A stretch of 64,000 nt of DNA from a plasmid, in the sequence record OW967251.1. One strand, written 5' to 3'. The translations under genes and the position numbers were made by a program. Positions within the stretch are counted from its first letter, which is position 1; each line of letters opens with the position of its first letter. Below, piece by piece: positions 47,933 through 58,119 of this stretch. Under the pieces are notes generated by a model, which worked only from the letters and a program-made list of their open reading frames with translations, had not been told where the DNA came from and did no database searches.

Positions 47933-49167
47933 GCGAACGTCGATATAGCCCGCTCGCGACGCTGTTCGCGGCGACCTTTCTCTTCCGGATCGGCAACGCG
48001 GTGGCGGCCCTCGCGCTTCCATGGTTCGTCCTGTCTCATACAAAGAGCGCGGCCTGGGCGGGCGCCACGGCCGCTAGCAGCGTCATCGCGACCATCATCG
48101 GCGCGTGGGTTGGTGGTGGCCTCGTCGATCGGTTCGGGCGCGCGCCCGTCGCATTGATCTCGGGTGTGGTGGGCGGCGTGGCCATGGCGAGCATCCCACT
48201 GCTCGATGCCGTTGGCGCCCTCTCGAACACTGGGCTGATCGCTTGCGTGGTGCTCGGTGCCGCGTTCGACGCACCCGGTATGGCCGCGCAGGACAGTGAG
48301 CTGCCCAAACTCGGCCACGTCGCCGGGCTCTCCGTTGAGCGCGTCTCGTCACTGAAAGCGGTGATCGGGAACGTCGCGATTCTAGGTGGCCCGGCCCTTG
48401 GGGGGGCCGCAATCGGCCTGCTTGGCGCTGCGCCAACGCTCGGGCTGACGGCGTTCTGCTCCGTCCTTGCAGGTCTGCTCGGCGCGTGGGTGCTTCCCGC
48501 GCGTGCCGCTCGGACGATGACCACGACGGCGACTCTCTCCATGCGCGCCGGCGTCGCTTTTCTCTGGAGCGAACCCCTGCTGCGCCCTCTCTTTGGTATA
48601 GTGATGATCTTCGTGGGCATCGTTGGCGCCAACGGCAGCGTCATCATGCCTGCGCTGTTTGTAGATGCAGGACGCCAAGTAGCAGAGCTCGGGCTGTTCT
48701 CCTCAATGATGGGGGCTGGTGGTCTCCTTGGCATTGCCATTCATGCGTCGGTCGGCGCCCGGATATCAGCGCAGAACTGGCTGGCGGTGGCATTTTGTGG
48801 CTCTGCGGTGGGCTCGCTTCTGCTTTCACAGTTGCCAGGCGTGCCGGTGCTGATGTTGTTGGGCGCGCTCGTGGGACTGCTGACCGGCTCAGTCTCTCCC
48901 ATTCTCAACGCTGCCATCTACAACCGCACGCCGCCAGAACTTCTCGGCCGGGTACTCGGCACGGTCTCGGCGGTGATGCTGTCAGCCTCGCCCATGGTTA
49001 TGCTTGCGGCCGGCGCGTTTGTCGACCTTGCTGGTCCGCTCCCTGGCCTCGTTGTATCGGCCGTGTTTGCGGGGCTCGTGGCTCTACTCTCGCTCCGTCT
49101 TCAATTTGCTACAATGGCGGCGGCAGCCACAGCCTCCGCCCCAACCCATACAGAAGGTGAACACTGA
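47929..49167 (+). CDS. mrx(A): MFS transporter Mrx(A)
   Basis: 412 aa, 12 TM. Overlaps the mph(A) stop as in the mph(A) operon. Confidence 0.9.
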   Translation: MSERRYSPLATLFAATFLFRIGNAVAALALPWFVLSHTKSAAWAGATAASSVIATIIGAWVGGGLVDRFGRAPVALISGVVGGVAMASIPLLDAVGALSNTGLIACVVLGAAFDAPGMAAQDSELPKLGHVAGLSVERVSSLKAVIGNVAILGGPALGGAAIGLLGAAPTLGLTAFCSVLAGLLGAWVLPARAARTMTTTATLSMRAGVAFLWSEPLLRPLFGIVMIFVGIVGANGSVIMPALFVDAGRQVAELGLFSSMMGAGGLLGIAIHASVGARISAQNWLAVAFCGSAVGSLLLSQLPGVPVLMLLGALVGLLTGSVSPILNAAIYNRTPPELLGRVLGTVSAVMLSASPMVMLAAGAFVDLAGPLPGLVVSAVFAGLVALLSLRLQFATMAAAATASAPTHTEGEH

Positions 49168-49751
49168 TGCCCCGCCCCAAGCTCAAGTCCGATGACGAGG
49201 TACTCGAGGCCGCCACCGTAGTGCTGAAGCGTTGCGGTCCCATAGAGTTCACGCTCAGCGGAGTAGCAAAGGAGGTGGGGCTCTCCCGCGCAGCGTTAAT
49301 CCAGCGCTTCACCAACCGCGATACGCTGCTGGTGAGGATGATGGAGCGCGGCGTCGAGCAGGTGCGGCATTACCTGAATGCGATACCGATAGGCGCAGGG
49401 CCGCAAGGGCTCTGGGAATTTTTGCAGGTGCTCGTTCGGAGCATGAACACTCGCAACGACTTCTCGGTGAACTATCTCATCTCCTGGTACGAGCTCCAGG
49501 TGCCGGAGCTACGCACGCTTGCGATCCAGCGGAACCGCGCGGTGGTGGAGGGGATCCGCAAGCGACTGCCCCCAGGTGCTCCTGCGGCAGCTGAGTTGCT
49601 CCTGCACTCGGTCATCGCTGGCGCGACGATGCAGTGGGCCGTCGATCCGGATGGTGAGCTAGCTGATCATGTGCTGGCTCAGATCGCTGCCATCCTGTGT
49701 TTAATGTTTCCCGAACACGACGATTTCCAACTCCTCCAGGCACATGCGTAA
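49167..49751 (+). CDS. mphR(A): TetR-family repressor MphR(A)
   Basis: 194 aa with TetR HTH (FTLSGVAKEVGLSRAALIQRF). Confidence 0.9.
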   Translation: MPRPKLKSDDEVLEAATVVLKRCGPIEFTLSGVAKEVGLSRAALIQRFTNRDTLLVRMMERGVEQVRHYLNAIPIGAGPQGLWEFLQVLVRSMNTRNDFSVNYLISWYELQVPELRTLAIQRNRAVVEGIRKRLPPGAPAAAELLLHSVIAGATMQWAVDPDGELADHVLAQIAAILCLMFPEHDDFQLLQAHA

Positions 49752-50189
49752 ACGGAGGTGTGCAGAGTCCCTGCGGCAGGCGACGAACACGACCGTCGTC
49801 GATTAGTACCGGTACGGTCGGTGGTATCGAAGTCTTGATCACCACTCAGGTCTACGGCTTACAAATGGTGACCATCCCGATACTTGCGTCAGAGCACCGG
49901 GCCGATTCTTTGACAGTGAATCACTCCCGTAAGGTTGTGCCGGTGTGGGTGTCCCGGGTCGAGACGATACTCCGCCAATGCGCCCAGCAAACAACCTGGC
50001 CATCGCAGGTGGTGGGGAGCGGTGTGGCGGATGAGTTGGACAAGTTGGTGTAGCAGCACGAGCACGGCGAGATAACATCGCAGGAGTTCGACATGCTCAA
50101 GAGACAGCTGATTGCGAATCGCGATGCAGATTCATAACCCGATTGCGGGTTGGCTTCACTCCACCATCACCGAGCAGACTAGCACGGCG

Positions 50190-51069
50190 GGCTCTGTTGC
50201 AAAGATTGGCGGCAGTCAGAGGTAGGCTGTCGCTCTGCGCCGATCAGGCGGCTGCTGCGAAATGGTGGTTGAGCATGCCCATGGCCTCCGTCAGCGCCGA
50301 GGGCCCAATGCCAAAAGCTCTCTCCACAAGGCGCACCTCGCCCCTGATGCCGGGCTGCAGGCACCAGGGGCGAGCCTGTCCTTTGCGCAGGGCTCGCATG
50401 ACTTCGAATCCCTTGATCGTGGCATAGGCCGTGGGGATCGATTTGAAACCGCGCACCGGCTTGATCAGTATCTTGAGCTTTCCGTGATCGGCCTCGATCA
50501 CGTTATTGAGATACTTCACCTGCCGGTGGGCCGTCTCCCGGTCCAGCTTTCCTTCGCGCTTCAATTCGGTGATCGCTGCACCATAGCTCGGCGCTTTGTC
50601 GGTATTGAGCGTGGCAGGCTTTTCCCAGTGCTTCAGGCCTCGCAGGGCCTTGCCCAGGAACCGCTTCGCTGCCTTGGCGCTGCGGGTCGGCGACAGGTAG
50701 AAATCGATCGTGTCGCCCCGCTTGTCGACTGCCCGGTACAGGTAGGTCCACTTGCCCCGCACCTTGACGTAGGTTTCATCCAGGCGCCAGCTCGGATCAA
50801 AGCCACGCCGCCAGAACCAGCGCAGCCGCTTCTCCATCTCCGGGGCGTAGCACTGGACCCAGCGATAGATCGTCGTATGGTCGACCGAAATGCCGCGTTC
50901 CGCCAGCATTTCCTCAAGGTCGCGATAGCTGATCGGATAGCGACAATACCAGCGCACCGCCCACAGGATCACATCACCCTGGAAATGGCGCCACTTGAAA
51001 TCCGTCATCGTTCCGTCCGTCCAATCTCCGCCAAGCATGCTCAAGCTTCACGATTTTTGCAACAGAGCC
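50190..51069 (-). mobile_element. IS6100 (880 bp)
   Basis: IRs GGCTCTGTTGCAAA at both ends. IS6-family transposase. Confidence 0.9.
50244..51008 (-). CDS. tnpA: IS6100 transposase
   Basis: 254 aa from MTDFKWRHFQGDVILWAVRWY... Confidence 0.9.
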   Translation of the reverse strand: MTDFKWRHFQGDVILWAVRWYCRYPISYRDLEEMLAERGISVDHTTIYRWVQCYAPEMEKRLRWFWRRGFDPSWRLDETYVKVRGKWTYLYRAVDKRGDTIDFYLSPTRSAKAAKRFLGKALRGLKHWEKPATLNTDKAPSYGAAITELKREGKLDRETAHRQVKYLNNVIEADHGKLKILIKPVRGFKSIPTAYATIKGFEVMRALRKGQARPWCLQPGIRGEVRLVERAFGIGPSALTEAMGMLNHHFAAAA

Positions 51070-51167
51070 CACACGAGTATTGAGCATAGTCGAGATTGGT
51101 GCAGATCACTTCTGATATTGAACTGTCAGGAGCTGGCTGCACAACAGCCATTACGCCCAATCAACTG

Positions 51168-51192
51168 GTGCAGTCGTCTTCTGAAAATGACA
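51168..51192. repeat. class 1 integron 25-bp IRt (TGTCATTTTCAGAAGACGACTGCAC, read on the minus strand)
   Basis: Matches the IRi at 57620 apart from 2 mismatches. Lies between IS6100 and padR, as in In4-type/chrA-containing integrons. Confidence 0.6.
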
Positions 51193-51234
51193 ATCCAGTT
51201 AGGGTATAGCTCAACCTGACATAGAAGCAAAAAC

Positions 51235-51540
51235 TCAACCACCTTCTACCAACTCTCCGAACAGCTCCTTGACCTTTGTTTTCGCATCAGCAAGTGCAGT
51301 TCTGCCTTGTTCAGTGATGTCATAAACACGCCGTTCACGTCGCCCGGTGCGTTCGTGGCGTGAGGTCAGATAGCCTTTTTTTTCCAGGCCGTGCAGCATC
51401 GGGTACACGGTGCCAGCGCTCATCTCGTAGCCGTGTCGGCGTAGCTCTTCGATGATCCCCAGCCCAAAGACAGGTTCCTCGGCTGCATGGTGAAGGATGT
51501 GCAGGCGGATCAAACCGCCGTAGAGGTCTTTGTCAGTCAT
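51235..51540 (-). CDS. padR: PadR-family transcriptional regulator (orf98 of the chrA module)
   Basis: 101 aa, wHTH (HILHHAAEEPVFGLGIIEELRRHGYEMSAGTVYPMLHGLEKKGYL). Confidence 0.8.
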   Translation of the reverse strand: MTDKDLYGGLIRLHILHHAAEEPVFGLGIIEELRRHGYEMSAGTVYPMLHGLEKKGYLTSRHERTGRRERRVYDITEQGRTALADAKTKVKELFGELVEGG

Positions 51541-51550
51541 TTTTTGTGCC

Positions 51551-52756
51551 TCACAGAGCGACGCTCAACAGCCACCCAGCTGCACCGCTACCGAGGACAA
51601 CCAGCCACGGCGGGAGCTTCCAGAACATAAGTGCGACAAGGGCAACTAATGCCAAGCCAAAGTCTTGCGGCTGAAAGATGGCGCTAGTCCATACAGGCTG
51701 ATACAGCGCGGCCAGCAGCAAGCCGACTACAGCGGCATTGATCCCGGCCAGCGCAGCTTGGATGCCTGTATTGCGGCGCAAACGCTCCCAAAATGGCATT
51801 GATCCGACGACCAGCAAGAACGAGGGCGCGAAGATAGCCAGCAGACACACAATGCCGCCGATCCAGCCCGACGGGGCGGTGTTCATCGAGGCACCAAGAA
51901 ACGCGGCGAACGTGAACAAAGGGCCGGGCACCGCTTGAGCTGCCCCGTACCCCGCGAGAAAGGATTCATTGTTGACCCAGCCGGAGGGCACCACTTCGGC
52001 TTGCAGTAATGGCAGCACAACGTGACCACCGCCGAACACCAGTGATCCGACACGATAGAAGGAATCCACCATTGCCATGGTTTGACTTGGCATCAGTTCG
52101 GCCAACACCGGCAGGCCAATCAGCAAGACAAAGAACAGCGAGAGCCAAAGCACGCCGGCCCGGTGACTGACCGTGATAGGTAGGGGGTCATGCTCAACAA
52201 CTTTCGCTGGCTTGAACAATAACCGGCCTGCGATGCCTGCGATAGCAATCACGCCAACCTGTCCCCACGCGGACGGCACAAGTAAAACGACGCAGGTAGC
52301 AATTGCCATGATGGTGACTCGCAGCCCATCCGTGCATAGGTTACGCGCCATGCCCCATACTGCTTGAGCGACCACGGCCACAGCCACCACTTTTAAGCCA
52401 TGCAACGCGCCCTGCGAGACGTAATCGCCATAGCTGGAGATGCCGAGCGCAAAAAGGATCAAGGCTATGGCAGACGGCAGCGTGAAGCCAGCCCAAGCAG
52501 CCAGCGCCCCGCTGTATCCAGCCCGAGACAGTCCTACCGCTATGCCGACCTGGCTGCTTGCAGGCCCTGGCAAGAACTGACAAAGCGCGACCAAGTCAGC
52601 ATAGCTCCGTTCGGAGAGCCAGCGCCGCCGTGTGACAAATTCGGCGCGGAAGTAGCCCAAGTGCGCAATGGGGCCGCCAAAAGATGTCAATCCAAGCCGC
52701 AGAAAAATAAGAAAGACCGACCATGGTCTGCTGTCATCGGTAGGGTTATTCGTCAT
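51551..52756 (-). CDS. chrA: chromate efflux transporter ChrA
   Basis: 401 aa polytopic membrane protein with duplicated CHR-family halves (GGPIAHLGY ... GGGHVVLPLL). Confidence 0.9.
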   Translation of the reverse strand: MTNNPTDDSRPWSVFLIFLRLGLTSFGGPIAHLGYFRAEFVTRRRWLSERSYADLVALCQFLPGPASSQVGIAVGLSRAGYSGALAAWAGFTLPSAIALILFALGISSYGDYVSQGALHGLKVVAVAVVAQAVWGMARNLCTDGLRVTIMAIATCVVLLVPSAWGQVGVIAIAGIAGRLLFKPAKVVEHDPLPITVSHRAGVLWLSLFFVLLIGLPVLAELMPSQTMAMVDSFYRVGSLVFGGGHVVLPLLQAEVVPSGWVNNESFLAGYGAAQAVPGPLFTFAAFLGASMNTAPSGWIGGIVCLLAIFAPSFLLVVGSMPFWERLRRNTGIQAALAGINAAVVGLLLAALYQPVWTSAIFQPQDFGLALVALVALMFWKLPPWLVVLGSGAAGWLLSVAL

Positions 52757-52900
52757 ACTTTCGCCTTCATGATCTGCAACGAGTTGATCAATAATAAGCG
52801 AAATTCGATAACGAAATTCGATATAAATCTAGAAAAAAATACCTCTATGTGTACTACGCAGTTTTAGCTGTGGCTTTCACAGGAGCACGCTTACTTACGG

Positions 52901-52938
52901 CTTAGCGTGCTTTATTTTCCGTTTTCTGAGGCGATCCC
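52901..52938. repeat. Tn21-subgroup 38-bp IR (CTTAGCGTGCTTTATTTTCCGTTTTCTGAGGCGATCCC) bounding the chrA module
   Basis: Differs at 3 positions from the Tn21 IRtnp at 61645 and lies in the same (direct) orientation. Confidence 0.6.
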
Positions 52939-53115
52939 TAGGAGCTCGGATCTCAGGACGAAGGTCTCCGCGAATGTCCGGTCGATCCGCGCGACGTCCC
53001 AGGCGGGCGTTCCCTTGGCGGACATCCACGCCGCAGCGTCGTGCATCAGCCGCACAACCTCGTCGATATCACCCGAGCAGGCGACCCGAACGTTCGGAGG
53101 CTCCTCGCTGTCCAT
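52912..53115 (-). pseudogene. orf5: 3'-CS orf5 remnant (GNAT-like)
   Basis: Short ORF downstream of sul1 with ...VVRLMHDAAAWMSAKGTPAW... It is truncated by the IR at 52901. Confidence 0.5.
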
Positions 53116-53242
53116 TCGCTCCCCTGGCGCGGTATGAACCGCCGCCTCATAGTGCAGTTTGATCCTGACGAGCCCAGCATGTCTGCGCCCACCTTCGCGG
53201 AACCTGACCAGGGTCCGCTAGCGGGCGGCCGGAAGGTGAATG

Positions 53243-54082
53243 CTAGGCATGATCTAACCCTCGGTCTCTGGCGTCGCGACTGCGAAATTTCGCGAGGGTT
53301 TCCGAGAAGGTGATTGCGCTTCGCAGATCTCCAGGCGCGTGGGTGCGGACGTAGTCAGCGCCATTGCCGATCGCGTGAAGTTCCGCCGCAAGGCTCGCTG
53401 GACCCAGATCCTTTACAGGAAGGCCAACGGTGGCGCCCAAGAAGGATTTCCGCGACACCGAGACCAATAGCGGAAGCCCCAACGCCGACTTCAGCTTTTG
53501 AAGGTTCGACAGCACGTGCAGCGATGTTTCCGGTGCGGGGCTCAAGAAAAATCCCATCCCCGGATCGAGGATGAGCCGGTCGGCAGCGACCCCGCTCCGT
53601 CGCAAGGCGGAAACCCGCGCCTCGAAGAACCGCACAATCTCGTCGAGCGCGTCTTCGGGTCGAAGGTGACCGGTGCGGGTGGCGATGCCATCCCGCTGCG
53701 CTGAGTGCATAACCACCAGCCTGCAGTCCGCCTCAGCAATATCGGGATAGAGCGCAGGGTCAGGAAATCCTTGGATATCGTTCAGGTAGCCCACGCCGCG
53801 CTTGAGCGCATAGCGCTGGGTTTCCGGTTGGAAGCTGTCGATTGAAACACGGTGCATCTGATCGGACAGGGCGTCTAAGAGCGGCGCAATACGTCTGATC
53901 TCATCGGCCGGCGATACAGGCCTCGCGTCCGGATGGCTGGCGGCCGGTCCGACATCCACGACGTCTGATCCGACTCGCAGCATTTCGATCGCCGCGGTGA
54001 CAGCGCCGGCGGGGTCTAGCCGCCGGCTCTCATCGAAGAAGGAGTCCTCGGTGAGATTCAGAATGCCGAACACCGTCACCAT
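53243..54082 (-). CDS. sul1: sulfonamide-resistant dihydropteroate synthase Sul1
   Basis: 279 aa from [28 protein letters not shown]... The ORF-track N-terminal extension is spurious. Confidence 0.95.
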   Translation of the reverse strand: MVTVFGILNLTEDSFFDESRRLDPAGAVTAAIEMLRVGSDVVDVGPAASHPDARPVSPADEIRRIAPLLDALSDQMHRVSIDSFQPETQRYALKRGVGYLNDIQGFPDPALYPDIAEADCRLVVMHSAQRDGIATRTGHLRPEDALDEIVRFFEARVSALRRSGVAADRLILDPGMGFFLSPAPETSLHVLSNLQKLKSALGLPLLVSVSRKSFLGATVGLPVKDLGPASLAAELHAIGNGADYVRTHAPGDLRSAITFSETLAKFRSRDARDRGLDHA

Positions 54083-54423
54083 GGCGTCGGCCTCCGCAGC
54101 GACTTCCACGATGGGGATCGGGCGAGCAAAAAGGCAGCAATTATGAGCCCCATACCTACAAAGCCCCACGCATCAAGCTTTTGCCCATGAAGCAACCAGG
54201 CAATGGCTGTAATTATGACGACGCCGAGTCCCGACCAGACTGCATAAGCAACACCGACAGGGATGGATTTCAGAACCAGAGAAAGAAAATAAAATGCGAT
54301 GCCATAACCGATTATGACAACGGCGGAAGGGGCAAGCTTAGTAAAGCCCTCGCTAGATTTTAATGCGGATGTTGCGATTACTTCGCCAACTATTGCGATA
54401 ACAAGAAAAAGCCAGCCTTTCAT
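54076..54423 (-). CDS. qacEdelta1: quaternary ammonium compound efflux SMR protein QacEdelta1
   Basis: 115 aa, [27 protein letters not shown]... Its altered C-terminus overlaps sul1. Confidence 0.9.
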   Translation of the reverse strand: MKGWLFLVIAIVGEVIATSALKSSEGFTKLAPSAVVIIGYGIAFYFLSLVLKSIPVGVAYAVWSGLGVVIITAIAWLLHGQKLDAWGFVGMGLIIAAFLLARSPSWKSLRRPTPW

Positions 54424-54526
54424 GATATATCTCCCAATTTGTGTAGGGCTTATTATGCACGCTTAAAAATAATAAAAGCAGACTTGACCTGATAGTTTGG
54501 CTGTGAGCAATTATGTGCTTAGTGCA

Positions 54527-54586
54527 TCTAACGCCGGAGTTAAGCCGCCGCGCGTAGCGCGGTCGGCTTGAACGAATTGTTAGACA
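54527..54586 (-). other. attC recombination site of the aadA2 cassette
   Basis: Imperfect inverted repeat GTCTAAC...GTTAGAT with GC-rich centre (AAGCCGACCGCGCTACGCGCGGCGGCTTAA) between aadA2 and qacEdelta1. Confidence 0.5.
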
Positions 54587-55378
54587 TCATTTACCAACTG
54601 ACTTGATGATCTCGCCTTTCACAAAGCGAATAAATTCTTCCAAGTGATCTGCGCGTGAGGCCAAGTGATCTTCTTTTTGTCCCAGATAAGCTTGCTTAGC
54701 TTCAAGTAAGACGGGCTGATACTGGGCAGGTAGGCGTTTTATTGCCCAGTCGGCAGCGACATCCTTCGGCGCGATTTTGCCGGTTATTGCGCTGTACCAA
54801 ATGCGGGACAACGTAAGCACTACATTTCGCTCATCGCCGGCCCAGTCGGGCTGCGAGTTCCATAGCTTCAAGGTTTCCCTCAGCGCCTCGAATAGATCCT
54901 GTTCAGGAACCGGGTCAAAGAATTCCTCCGCTGCCGGACCTACCAAGGCAACGCTATGTTCTCTTGCTTTTGTAAGCAGGATAGCTAGATCAATGTCGAT
55001 CATGGCTGGCTCGAAGATACCCGCAAGAATGTCATTGCGCTGCCATTCTCCAAATTGCAGCTCGCGCTTAGCCGGATAACGCCACGGGATGATGTCGTCA
55101 TGCACGACAAGGGTGACTTCTATAGCGCGGAGCGTCTCGCTCTCGCCAGGGAAAGCCGAAGCCTCCATAAGATCATTGAGCAATGCTCGCCGCGTCGTTT
55201 CATCAAGCTTTACGGCCACAGTAACCAACAAATCAATATCGCTGTATGGCTTCAGGCCGCCATCCACTGCGGAGCCGTACAAATGCACGGCCAGCAACGT
55301 TGATTCCAGATGGCGCTCAATGACGCTTAGCACCTCTGATAGTTGGTTCGAAATTTCGATGGTCACCGCTTCCCTCAT
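54587..55378 (-). CDS. aadA2: aminoglycoside (3'')(9) adenylyltransferase AadA2
   Basis: 263 aa, MREAVTIEISNQLSEVLSVIERHLESTLLAVHLYGSAVDGGLKPYSDIDLL... is the aadA2-type sequence. Confidence 0.9.
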   Translation of the reverse strand: MREAVTIEISNQLSEVLSVIERHLESTLLAVHLYGSAVDGGLKPYSDIDLLVTVAVKLDETTRRALLNDLMEASAFPGESETLRAIEVTLVVHDDIIPWRYPAKRELQFGEWQRNDILAGIFEPAMIDIDLAILLTKAREHSVALVGPAAEEFFDPVPEQDLFEALRETLKLWNSQPDWAGDERNVVLTLSRIWYSAITGKIAPKDVAADWAIKRLPAQYQPVLLEAKQAYLGQKEDHLASRADHLEEFIRFVKGEIIKSVGK

Positions 55379-55383
55379 GATGT

Positions 55384-55674
55384 CTAACGGGCGAGGTAAG
55401 CCGACCGCAGAATGCGGGTCGGCTTGACCGAAATGTTAGAACCAGAAGCCAAAACGGATAACTTGAATTTGGCGACGGGCGCTAACCGTGAAAAAACGCT
55501 GCGCCACCGAGGCGGCACAGCACTGCAAAAACGATAGCTGCTTGCGCTTGCTACGCAAGGGCTAGAGGCCAAAAAGACTGAAAACCTGCGCAGCCCATGC
55601 AGGCGAAGCCCGGAAAAAAGGCAAAACAGGCACTGAATAACGCCTGAAAAGCTAAATGCCGTTTGAATAAACAT
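55384..55674 (-). CDS. gcuF: gene cassette ORF of unknown function between dfrA12 and aadA2 (gcuF/orfF position); ORF may run into attC
   Basis: Position corresponds to the orfF cassette of the dfrA12-orfF-aadA2 array. Its 3' end overlaps an attC-like repeat at ~55383-55440, so the exact coding extent is uncertain. Confidence 0.4.
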   Translation of the reverse strand: MFIQTAFSFSGVIQCLFCLFSGLRLHGLRRFSVFLASSPCVASASSYRFCSAVPPRWRSVFSRLAPVAKFKLSVLASGSNISVKPTRILRSAYLAR

Positions 55675-55785
55675 GAGCTAAATAAAGCTGGGTTTCAGTG
55701 GTGCTAACGTTGGACGTAACGAGAGCCGGAGCGCAGCGGAGGGAACCAAAATGCGCAGCATTTTGGCGTCCCGTTGACGGAATGG

Positions 55786-56283
55786 TTAGCCGTTTCGACG
55801 CGCATAAACGGAGTGGGTGTACGGAATTACAGCTTGAATGGTTTCGGTTGAGACAAGCTCGAATTCTGTTTCGTTGAGCATTGGGAAGAAGGCGTCACCC
55901 TCGAAGGTTTGATGTACCTCAGATAGAAACACGCCGTGGGCGTGAGGTAGTGCCAGAGTGTATATCTCAGCTCCGCCCGCGACGTAGAGTTCATTGCCGA
56001 GTTCGGATGCCAAAGCGATAGCGTGCGACAGCGTTGAAACAACTACGCAGCCAGTGGCGCGGTAGTTAGCTTGGCGTGAGATTACCAATGTGTGACGGTT
56101 CGGTAGAGGCTTGCCGATAGACTCAAAGGTCTTTCGCCCCATGACAACGACTTTTCCCTCAGTGAGTCTGCGAAAAATCTTCTGCTCACCCGGAATTTTC
56201 CAGGGGATATTAGGACCATTGCCAATAACCCGATTGGCTCCCATCGCAGCAACGAGATAAATGCGTACTGATTCCGAGTTCAT
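55786..56283 (-). CDS. dfrA12: trimethoprim-resistant dihydrofolate reductase DfrA12
   Basis: 165 aa, MNSESVRIYLVAAMGANRVIGNGPNIPWKIPGEQKIF... Confidence 0.9.
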   Translation of the reverse strand: MNSESVRIYLVAAMGANRVIGNGPNIPWKIPGEQKIFRRLTEGKVVVMGRKTFESIGKPLPNRHTLVISRQANYRATGCVVVSTLSHAIALASELGNELYVAGGAEIYTLALPHAHGVFLSEVHQTFEGDAFFPMLNETEFELVSTETIQAVIPYTHSVYARRNG

Positions 56284-56350
56284 ATGGCTAACTTTGTTTT
56301 AGGGCGACTGCCCTGCTGCGTAACATCGTTGCTGCTCCATAACATCAAAC
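56284..56350 (-). other. attI1 integration site region of the class 1 integron
   Basis: Sequence between the first cassette and intI1 (…GTTAGGGCGACTGCCCTGCTGCGTAACATCGTTGCT…) matches the attI1 context. Confidence 0.4.
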
Positions 56351-56427
56351 ATCGACCCACGGCGTAACGCGCTTGCTGCTTGGATGCCCGAGGCATAGAC
56401 TGTACAAAAAAACAGTCATAACAAGCC

Positions 56428-57441
56428 ATGAAAACCGCCACTGCGCCGTTACCACCGCTGCGTTCGGTCAAGGTTCTGGACCAGTTGCGTGAGCGCATAC
56501 GCTACTTGCATTACAGCTTACCAACCGAACAGGCTTATGTCCACTGGGTTCGTGCCTTCATCCGTTTCCACGGTGTGCGTCACCCGGCAACCTTGGGCAG
56601 CAGCGAAGTCGAGGCATTTCTGTCCTGGCTGGCGAACGAGCGCAAGGTTTCGGTCTCCACGCATCGTCAGGCATTGGCGGCCTTGCTGTTCTTCTACGGC
56701 AAGGTGCTGTGCACGGATCTGCCCTGGCTTCAGGAGATCGGAAGACCTCGGCCGTCGCGGCGCTTGCCGGTGGTGCTGACCCCGGATGAAGTGGTTCGCA
56801 TCCTCGGTTTTCTGGAAGGCGAGCATCGTTTGTTCGCCCAGCTTCTGTATGGAACGGGCATGCGGATCAGTGAGGGTTTGCAACTGCGGGTCAAGGATCT
56901 GGATTTCGATCACGGCACGATCATCGTGCGGGAGGGCAAGGGCTCCAAGGATCGGGCCTTGATGTTACCCGAGAGCTTGGCACCCAGCCTGCGCGAGCAG
57001 CTGTCGCGTGCACGGGCATGGTGGCTGAAGGACCAGGCCGAGGGCCGCAGCGGCGTTGCGCTTCCCGACGCCCTTGAGCGGAAGTATCCGCGCGCCGGGC
57101 ATTCCTGGCCGTGGTTCTGGGTTTTTGCGCAGCACACGCATTCGACCGATCCACGGAGCGGTGTCGTGCGTCGCCATCACATGTATGACCAGACCTTTCA
57201 GCGCGCCTTCAAACGTGCCGTAGAACAAGCAGGCATCACGAAGCCCGCCACACCGCACACCCTCCGCCACTCGTTCGCGACGGCCTTGCTCCGCAGCGGT
57301 TACGACATTCGAACCGTGCAGGATCTGCTCGGCCATTCCGACGTCTCTACGACGATGATTTACACGCATGTGCTGAAAGTTGGCGGTGCCGGAGTGCGCT
57401 CACCGCTTGATGCGCTGCCGCCCCTCACTAGTGAGAGGTAG
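56428..57441 (+). CDS. intI1: class 1 integron integrase IntI1
   Basis: 337 aa, [30 protein letters not shown]... with tyrosine recombinase R-H-R-Y residues. Confidence 0.95.
56515..56543 (-). promoter_or_regulatory. integron cassette promoter Pc, weak variant PcW (-35 TGGACA, 17 bp spacer, -10 TAAGCT), reading toward dfrA12
   Basis: Reverse complement of 56515-56543 reads TGGACATAAGCCTGTTCGGTTGGTAAGCT. No GGG insertion that would create P2. Confidence 0.6.
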
Positions 57442-57619
57442 GGCAGCGCAAGTCAATCCTGGCGGATTCACTACCCCTGCGCGAAGGCCATCGGTGCCGC
57501 ATCGAACGGCCGGTTGCGGAAAGTCCTCCCTGCGTCCGCTGATGGCCGGCAGCAGCCCGTCGTTGCCTGATGGATCCAACCCCTCCGCTGCTATAGTGCA
57601 GTCGGCTTCTGACGTTCAG

Positions 57620-57644
57620 TGCAGCCGTCTTCTGAAAACGACAA
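57620..57644. repeat. class 1 integron IRi (TGTCGTTTTCAGAAGACGGCTGCAC, read on the minus strand)
   Basis: Exact 25-bp IRi sequence ~180 bp beyond the intI1 stop. Confidence 0.7.
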
Positions 57645-57994
57645 TGGAGGTGGTAGCCGAGGGTGTGGAAACACCCGACTGCCTTGCGTGGTTGCGGCAG
57701 GCGGGTTGCGACACGGTGCAGGGTTTCCTGTTCGCCAGGCCGATGCCGGCGGCGGCCTTCGTCGGCTTCGTCAACCAATGGAGGAACACCACCATGAACG
57801 CCAATGAACCGAGCACCAGTTGCTGCGTGTGCTGCAAGGAAATCCCGCTCGATGCCGCCTTCACGCCGGAAGGGGCCGAGTACGTGGAGCATTTCTGCGG
57901 GCTGGAGTGCTATCAGCGCTTCCAGGCGCGGGCCAGCACTGCGACCGAAACCAGCGTCAAACCGGACGCTTGTGATTCGCCGCCGTCAGGTTGA
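57645..57994 (+). pseudogene. tnpM: Tn21 urf2/tnpM remnant (EAL-domain C-terminal fragment plus short Cys-rich ORF)
   Basis: [39 protein letters not shown] is an EAL-domain C-terminus interrupted by integron insertion. Followed by [19 protein letters not shown]... Confidence 0.5.
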
Positions 57995-58119
57995 GGCATA
58001 CCCTAACCTGATGTCAGATGCCATGTGTAAATTGCGTCAGGATAGGATTGAATTTTGAATTTATTGACATATCTCGTTGAAGGTCATAGAGTCTTCCCTG
58101 ACATTTTGCAGGGAATTCC
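57995..58119 (+). promoter_or_regulatory. Tn21 res region (resolution sites and tnpR promoter)
   Basis: 125-bp AT-richer segment between tnpM and tnpR containing TGTCA/TGACA-type half-sites (TGTCAGATGCCATGTGTAAATTGCGTCAGGATAGGATTG). Confidence 0.45.

Noticed and set aside
48036-48740. 234-aa minus-strand ORF inside mrx
   Set aside because: Antisense to the mrx MFS transporter gene. Composition is dominated by Ala/Pro/Arg.
50262-51083. 273-aa plus-strand ORF overlapping the IS6100 transposase
   Set aside because: Antisense shadow of tnpA(IS6100). IS6100 is a well-defined 880-bp element with a single minus-strand gene here.
55384-55674. Alternative interpretation of the 96-aa ORF between dfrA12 and aadA2 as noise
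   Set aside because: Not fully rejected. Kept as a low-confidence gcuF call because a cassette of unknown function is expected at exactly this position, but its 3' end runs into an attC-like repeat.
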